Assembly (NCBI GenBank): GCA_018396405.1
Contig: JAGTQD010000002.1
Span: 4,316 to 68,315, forward strand
Direction of reading: 5' to 3'
Source of the DNA: Candidatus Bathyarchaeota archaeon
Lineage (GTDB): Archaea > Thermoproteota > Bathyarchaeia > Bathyarchaeales > DTEX01
Length of the DNA: 64,000 bases
Part shown: positions 60,051-64,000 of the stretch, piece after piece
Layout of the letters: each line of letters starts with the position of its first letter
Numbering within the stretch: the first letter of the stretch is position 1
Notes under the pieces: generated by a model
Database searches by the model: none
What the model was told of the DNA's origin: nothing
What the model saw: only the letters and a program-made list of their open reading frames with translations
Made by a program: the position numbers and the translations under genes

Positions 60051-60065
60051 GTTCTCCGGGTTTAA

Positions 60066-60305
60066 GTCCCTTTCCATATCCCTCCTTTTAAGTCTTCGTG
60101 TACAGAGTCTAGTATAACTGCGGATATACATGATGTTAAGGGGAGGCTTGAGACTGCTAGGTCTAGGCTGGGCCAACTGCCTCATAGCGGAGTGCTGCTG
60201 TCCTCCCTAGATCACCTAGAGAGCTTAGATTTCTCTAAAGTCAGGGTCCTGAAGTATGCTACGAGCCTATACAGGATATTTAAACCGCTGACATTTATTT
60301 CCTAG
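60066..60305 (+). pseudogene. Start-less 79-codon open frame next to the tRNA (possible gene remnant)
   Basis: The frame is open from 60066 to TAG 60303-60305 and reads ..DIHDVKGRLETARSRLGQLPHSGVLLSSLDHLESLDFSKVRVLKYATSLYRIFKPLTFIS. There is no ATG/TTG, and the only GVG-type start is a late GTG (~38 codons from the end). Confidence 0.25.
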
Positions 60306-60355
60306 GATCTATACCGATGCCCTTAAATTATTGAGGGAGATTAACATCACAATGA

Positions 60356-60655
60356 TTGATTTTCAGCTGCATTCTCCTTAAATATTCATTTATTCACTAT
60401 TATACATCTTGGTGGTGTGGTTTGCCATGCCATTTTATCCGGTTCGGCCCATTCGGATTCGGCCTTAGTATTTGGGGCCCGGAGTGGTGGCCTTACTGGA
60501 TCGATGTAGAAAGAACCGTAGATGAAGTAATTTTAACGCTAAGGATCCCTAGAGACCTCAAGAAAGAGGATATCAAAGTCGAATTTAGGGAGGGGCAGCT
60601 CAGAATAAGATTCCCGAGAAGAGGTGGGGAGTGGGAACCAATAAAAATAGAATAG
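60356..60655 (+). CDS. Truncated Hsp20/alpha-crystallin-like small protein
   Basis: The C-terminal IDVERTVDEVILTLRIPRDLKKEDIKVEFREGQLRIRF matches the first half of an alpha-crystallin domain (DV.E..de..v...lPg.kkEDI.V....g.L.I). The N-terminal part is W/F/P/G-rich. Only TTG starts are available (60356, or codon 23). Confidence 0.45.
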   Translation: MIFSCILLKYSFIHYYTSWWCGLPCHFIRFGPFGFGLSIWGPEWWPYWIDVERTVDEVILTLRIPRDLKKEDIKVEFREGQLRIRFPRRGGEWEPIKIE

Positions 60656-60820
60656 CTCTTAAACGCCAAAGCAAAATGATCCGGCATACATAAACTTTCA
60701 TCCACGCCTGGAAAACTTCTCTTAAAGAGGTAGCTTTTGAGAATGCTGAACTTAGATTCTAGATAAAGAAGATGAGGGAATATAAGTGGGACGCTTAGGA
60801 CAAAGTTTCGGTAATTCTGA

Positions 60821-62182
60821 TTATGGTAGTGGTAGTGGGAATATTACTTCATGTGTAGGCTTTACGTCTGGGTCTGGTGAGCGGACAATTTCCATCTTTA
60901 AATTGCCCTTTTCATCAAGAGTCCATTGGGCGACGAAAAATATTCCTGGGCTGCAGTGCCATTCGGGTATGAATTTCACTCTACCGCGACCCATTGTAAT
61001 AATATCAACCTGCGAGAAAGCCTCATTTATCTTCTCCGGCTCTAAGCTTCCCGCGAGCTCTATAACCGCGCATATTGTCTCGATGAAGAAGTATTGGCAT
61101 AAAGCCTCTGTCCAGGGCTTACCAGTCTCTTTAGTCCATTCTTCAGCCAGCTTCATATTTGTTCTACCAGCCCTTTCAGAATAAATACTCTTATAAGGCA
61201 GAGATGGATGCCATGGATTAAATGGGTCCGCTAAACCTACTGCTAGCTTCGGGTCGCCTATTGCCACCACATCCTCGTAGTTTTTAAGGGCCCTTCCATC
61301 TAAGACCATTTTGGGCTTCCACCCCAGCGTATATGCCTGCCTCCACATAACTGCAAAATCTGCTCCAACGGATAATCCCCAGAGAATCTCTGCCCCAGCA
61401 TCCTTCCATTCGCGGATTATTGGTGTGAAATCCATGGTTCCAGGGGCGTACTGGCCTAGGCGCCTCTCTCCGCCGACAACAACATAGCCCGCCTCCGTTA
61501 AGATCTTTGAGGCAAGATCATACCAAGTCCTACCATCAGCGTCATCTGGGGCAAAAAGCGCAACCCTCCCATTAGTCCTCTCACGAAACATATTAGTGAA
61601 CCATATGTAGTTGCCTAGGCAACTATATCCTGGTTTACCAGCCCTAGGATCACCTTCAGGAACCGGAGTAATAACTACTGGACATGCGCCCCACGCATAC
61701 TTATATGGACCCGAGGACCACCAAACCTCAAAGATTCCATCTACTAAAGCTGGGATTTTATATTTGTCGGCTACGCGTGAGACGGGGATGCTGGCTACAG
61801 GTGGGCCTCCATAGGTGAGAAGTAGATGGACCTTATCTTGAAGTATTAATTGTTCGGCTAAAAGCGATGATTTTGTAGGGTCACTTGAATCATCATATTG
61901 TATTAACCTAATTTGGAGCCTACGGCCTCCCACCATTACACCTCCGATTTTATTGACGTCCTCAACGGCTTTCCTCATAGCCCAGGCAGCTGGCTGCCCA
62001 TATGCGGATAGCGATCCAGTTAACGAGATTATGTTTCCAATTCTTACCTCCTCTAATTCTTTAGGACCAAGGTAAGTATATGTTAGGAATCCGAGAATTG
62101 CAGCAACAACTACGATAGCAACGATCAAGAGCACCTTAACACGAAAAGCTATACCTCTTCGATCCATAAAGGGACCACCCAA
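60821..62182 (-). CDS. ABC transporter substrate-binding protein (branched-chain amino acid / Peripla_BP_6-like), membrane-anchored
   Basis: N-terminal anchor VKVLLIVAIVVVAAILGFL, then a type-I periplasmic binding fold pattern (IGNIISLTGSLSAYGQP..). No adjacent permease or ATPase genes. Confidence 0.65.
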   Translation of the reverse strand: MGGPFMDRRGIAFRVKVLLIVAIVVVAAILGFLTYTYLGPKELEEVRIGNIISLTGSLSAYGQPAAWAMRKAVEDVNKIGGVMVGGRRLQIRLIQYDDSSDPTKSSLLAEQLILQDKVHLLLTYGGPPVASIPVSRVADKYKIPALVDGIFEVWWSSGPYKYAWGACPVVITPVPEGDPRAGKPGYSCLGNYIWFTNMFRERTNGRVALFAPDDADGRTWYDLASKILTEAGYVVVGGERRLGQYAPGTMDFTPIIREWKDAGAEILWGLSVGADFAVMWRQAYTLGWKPKMVLDGRALKNYEDVVAIGDPKLAVGLADPFNPWHPSLPYKSIYSERAGRTNMKLAEEWTKETGKPWTEALCQYFFIETICAVIELAGSLEPEKINEAFSQVDIITMGRGRVKFIPEWHCSPGIFFVAQWTLDEKGNLKMEIVRSPDPDVKPTHEVIFPLPLP

Positions 62183-62617
62183 AATTATACTCTCCTAGAA
62201 ACCAATAAAAGCTTTTTTACTAAGGGAAAATCTCTTTATAAGAAAATCGAGTTCTTCTGAAGGAGCGATAATAACCAGCACCCGCCGAACTCCTGTTTTT
62301 CAAGCAGTTTCTCTGCTGCATCAGCCACAGCTATCCTCTCTAGTGAAAATTTAATTGCAATGGAGATCTGAGCAAATTTGTTGATGTTTTTGTTCGGTAG
62401 TTAACGCAGTAAAGAGCTGAAGACTTTTTATGATAACATAAAAATAATGGGGATAAGATCTAGACTATGAGACTATACGCTTGGCTACTGCGCTAAAGAT
62501 AGAACAAAAGAAGTAATATCCAATGACGAGACCTTTGATGAAACGATACTAAAAGAAAATTCGCTAAAATTAGTCAGCATTACAGAAAAAGAAAGAGCAT
62601 ATAAAATATGCTTAACC

Positions 62618-62902
62618 TCAGGATCCCCGCATTCTCCTCATTTTGGCTTCTATTTTTGCAATTTTTTCTTCCCATTCCGAAACCACAAATTTTTGTCTAG
62701 AAAAGGCGAAGTGGAAAGCTAAGCCGATACCCCAACCAGCTAACACAAACGGAAACCACAGGTACCCCGGGCTTGTATAGAGATTTATAAAAGTCAAGAA
62801 GCCATTTATAATAATGTAGGCTATGAGGTGTGCTATAAATGCCCTATTAGCCTCCTCTATCTCCAGCTCCCTCCACGCCCTTTTAAAATCCTCCAAGGAC
62901 AT
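62618..62902 (-). CDS. 2TM-domain small membrane protein
   Basis: 94 aa with two adjacent TM helices (FIAHLIAYIIINGFLTFINLY / WFPFVLAGWGIGLAFHFAF) flanked by charged helices. Confidence 0.55.
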   Translation of the reverse strand: MSLEDFKRAWRELEIEEANRAFIAHLIAYIIINGFLTFINLYTSPGYLWFPFVLAGWGIGLAFHFAFSRQKFVVSEWEEKIAKIEAKMRRMRGS

Positions 62903-63086
62903 TAAATTAAGCCACCCTTTTACTATTTTTAGTCAATAGTTACATAAGTCTTTAAACCTTTTGATCCTTACGCTGTTTCCTGTGCTCTTTAGGGTGCTTC
63001 TTAATCCTAGCATAGTTAGTTATTATGGGATATTGATAAGTCCGAAGCGTATAAGCGAGGGAGGACATATAAATTAGCGTGAAAAA

Positions 63087-64000
63087 TTAGTGGGTATTCA
63101 AGCGCGCACGTTTGGTCATTATCGCCAATAAGAAAAACATAAGGCAGCAAAAGGTTAACCAGAGACCTGTGGCTGTCCAGCCCAGTGAGTAAGTGATGTA
63201 GCCTGTTATTGGTCCGGTTGCTATTGTTCCAACATAGTAGGCAACCGTGAATAAACTTGTAGCTGAGGCTATTTCTGCTCTTGTAACGGAATCTTGGACG
63301 AAAGCGAGTATGAGGGGGAAGCCTCCGGAGCCTGCTACACCATAAATTATGCTAGCTATGGCCGCAGAGGTGAAGTTCGCTTCAATTAAGTTGAGGTTGA
63401 ACATGAAATAAGTGATCGAAGCTAACGAGAGGCCCATAAGGCATAGAAACGGCTTTCTGCCATACCTATCACTTAGGAGAAGAATTATTGGAGTTACCAT
63501 AAATATCGACCAAGTTTGTATTGACATTAGGATGCTGGAGAGAAGGGGGTCGAAGTGAATTGCCGATGTTAAATAGGTAGGGTAGAAACTTGTAACTGAA
63601 AAGAAGGTTAATGATTGGAAAACGCCCATAAGGCAACCTAACAACACATTTCTATTCCTCAGGATGGATAGGAGGCTTTCATCCTTAACATCTACATTAG
63701 ACTTGACTAGCGCTCTCGTATCAGGTTTTAACGTTAAAAGAATTATTATTAATGTGAGAAAGCCCAGCAGCCCAAAAATATTTAAAGGTAGTCTCCAGCT
63801 TCCTGACCAGATTCGGATCAAGGTTGCGAAAGGGTAAGCCCAGAGGAGACCGAGAATATACATGTTTCCTGCAATGGCCGTTAAAAAACCTCGTTTTTCA
63901 ACGAAGAGAGTTCCAATAATAGAGTAGTACGCAACGTTCCATACGCCTTGGCCTATCCCCATGCAAACCCTATAGAGCGATATATCCCATGCCGATGATG
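63087..64000 (-). CDS. Major facilitator superfamily transporter, C-terminal ~300 codons (5' end beyond the right window edge)
   Basis: At least 8 hydrophobic helices and a loop SDRYGRKP (MFS motif-A-like). The frame stays open upstream of the track Met through position 64000. Confidence 0.7.
   Translation of the reverse strand, partial: SSAWDISLYRVCMGIGQGVWNVAYYSIIGTLFVEKRGFLTAIAGNMYILGLLWAYPFATLIRIWSGSWRLPLNIFGLLGFLTLIIILLTLKPDTRALVKSNVDVKDESLLSILRNRNVLLGCLMGVFQSLTFFSVTSFYPTYLTSAIHFDPLLSSILMSIQTWSIFMVTPIILLLSDRYGRKPFLCLMGLSLASITYFMFNLNLIEANFTSAAIASIIYGVAGSGGFPLILAFVQDSVTRAEIASATSLFTVAYYVGTIATGPITGYITYSLGWTATGLWLTFCCLMFFLLAIMTKRARLNTH

Noticed and set aside
59934-60185. 83-aa minus-strand ORF
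   Set aside because: It runs antisense across the well-folded tRNA-Thr gene. Its composition (P/R/L-rich) is not protein-like.
62500-62560. ATGACGA / TGATGA box-like sequences in the long non-coding interval
   Set aside because: No downstream CTGA D box on the same strand at a suitable distance, so there is insufficient support for a C/D sRNA.

Overview
This is a gene-dense chromosomal segment, roughly 90% coding, from an archaeon. The archaeal markers are aEF-1beta, ribosomal protein L15e, RNase P proteins Rpp30 and Pop5, TiaS, prefoldin beta, Taw1, two CDC48/VCP ATPases and an intron-containing tRNA-Thr. I found no rRNA, CRISPR array, transposase or intact integrase. Most genes are housekeeping or metabolic: Nnr, LplA/LplB, Adk, PheA, PdaD, RpiB, PfkA-type PFK, MetAP, inositol-phosphate synthase, thioredoxin, an ECF transporter module, two other ABC systems and four radical-SAM enzymes. 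The most unusual content is at the left end (1-7645). There, a tightly coupled seven-gene operon encodes the complete soluble arm of a group-4 (complex-I-like) [NiFe] hydrogenase: NuoD-, NuoB-, NuoC- and NuoI-like parts plus a polyferredoxin. The operon has no membrane subunit, and two HdrB-like genes and one HdrC-like gene are interleaved with the hydrogenase genes. It is flanked by hypF and a HycI-type maturation protease. I propose it as a candidate soluble H2:disulfide oxidoreductase of an undescribed architecture. Other observations made directly from the sequence: (1) a 227-nt near-identical inverted tract shared by the two CDC48 paralogs, which looks like gene conversion; (2) two ECF ATPase domains separated by a frame change at a G5 run; (3) a 53-codon Zn-ribbon gene missing from the ORF track; (4) an AEP-type primase with a long Cys-poor C-terminal extension; (5) tRNA-Thr(GGU) with a 12-nt intron, followed by a T-arm-like repeat and a start-less ORF remnant; (6) a truncated Hsp20-like ORF. 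All family calls come from motifs read by eye. No database search was possible.
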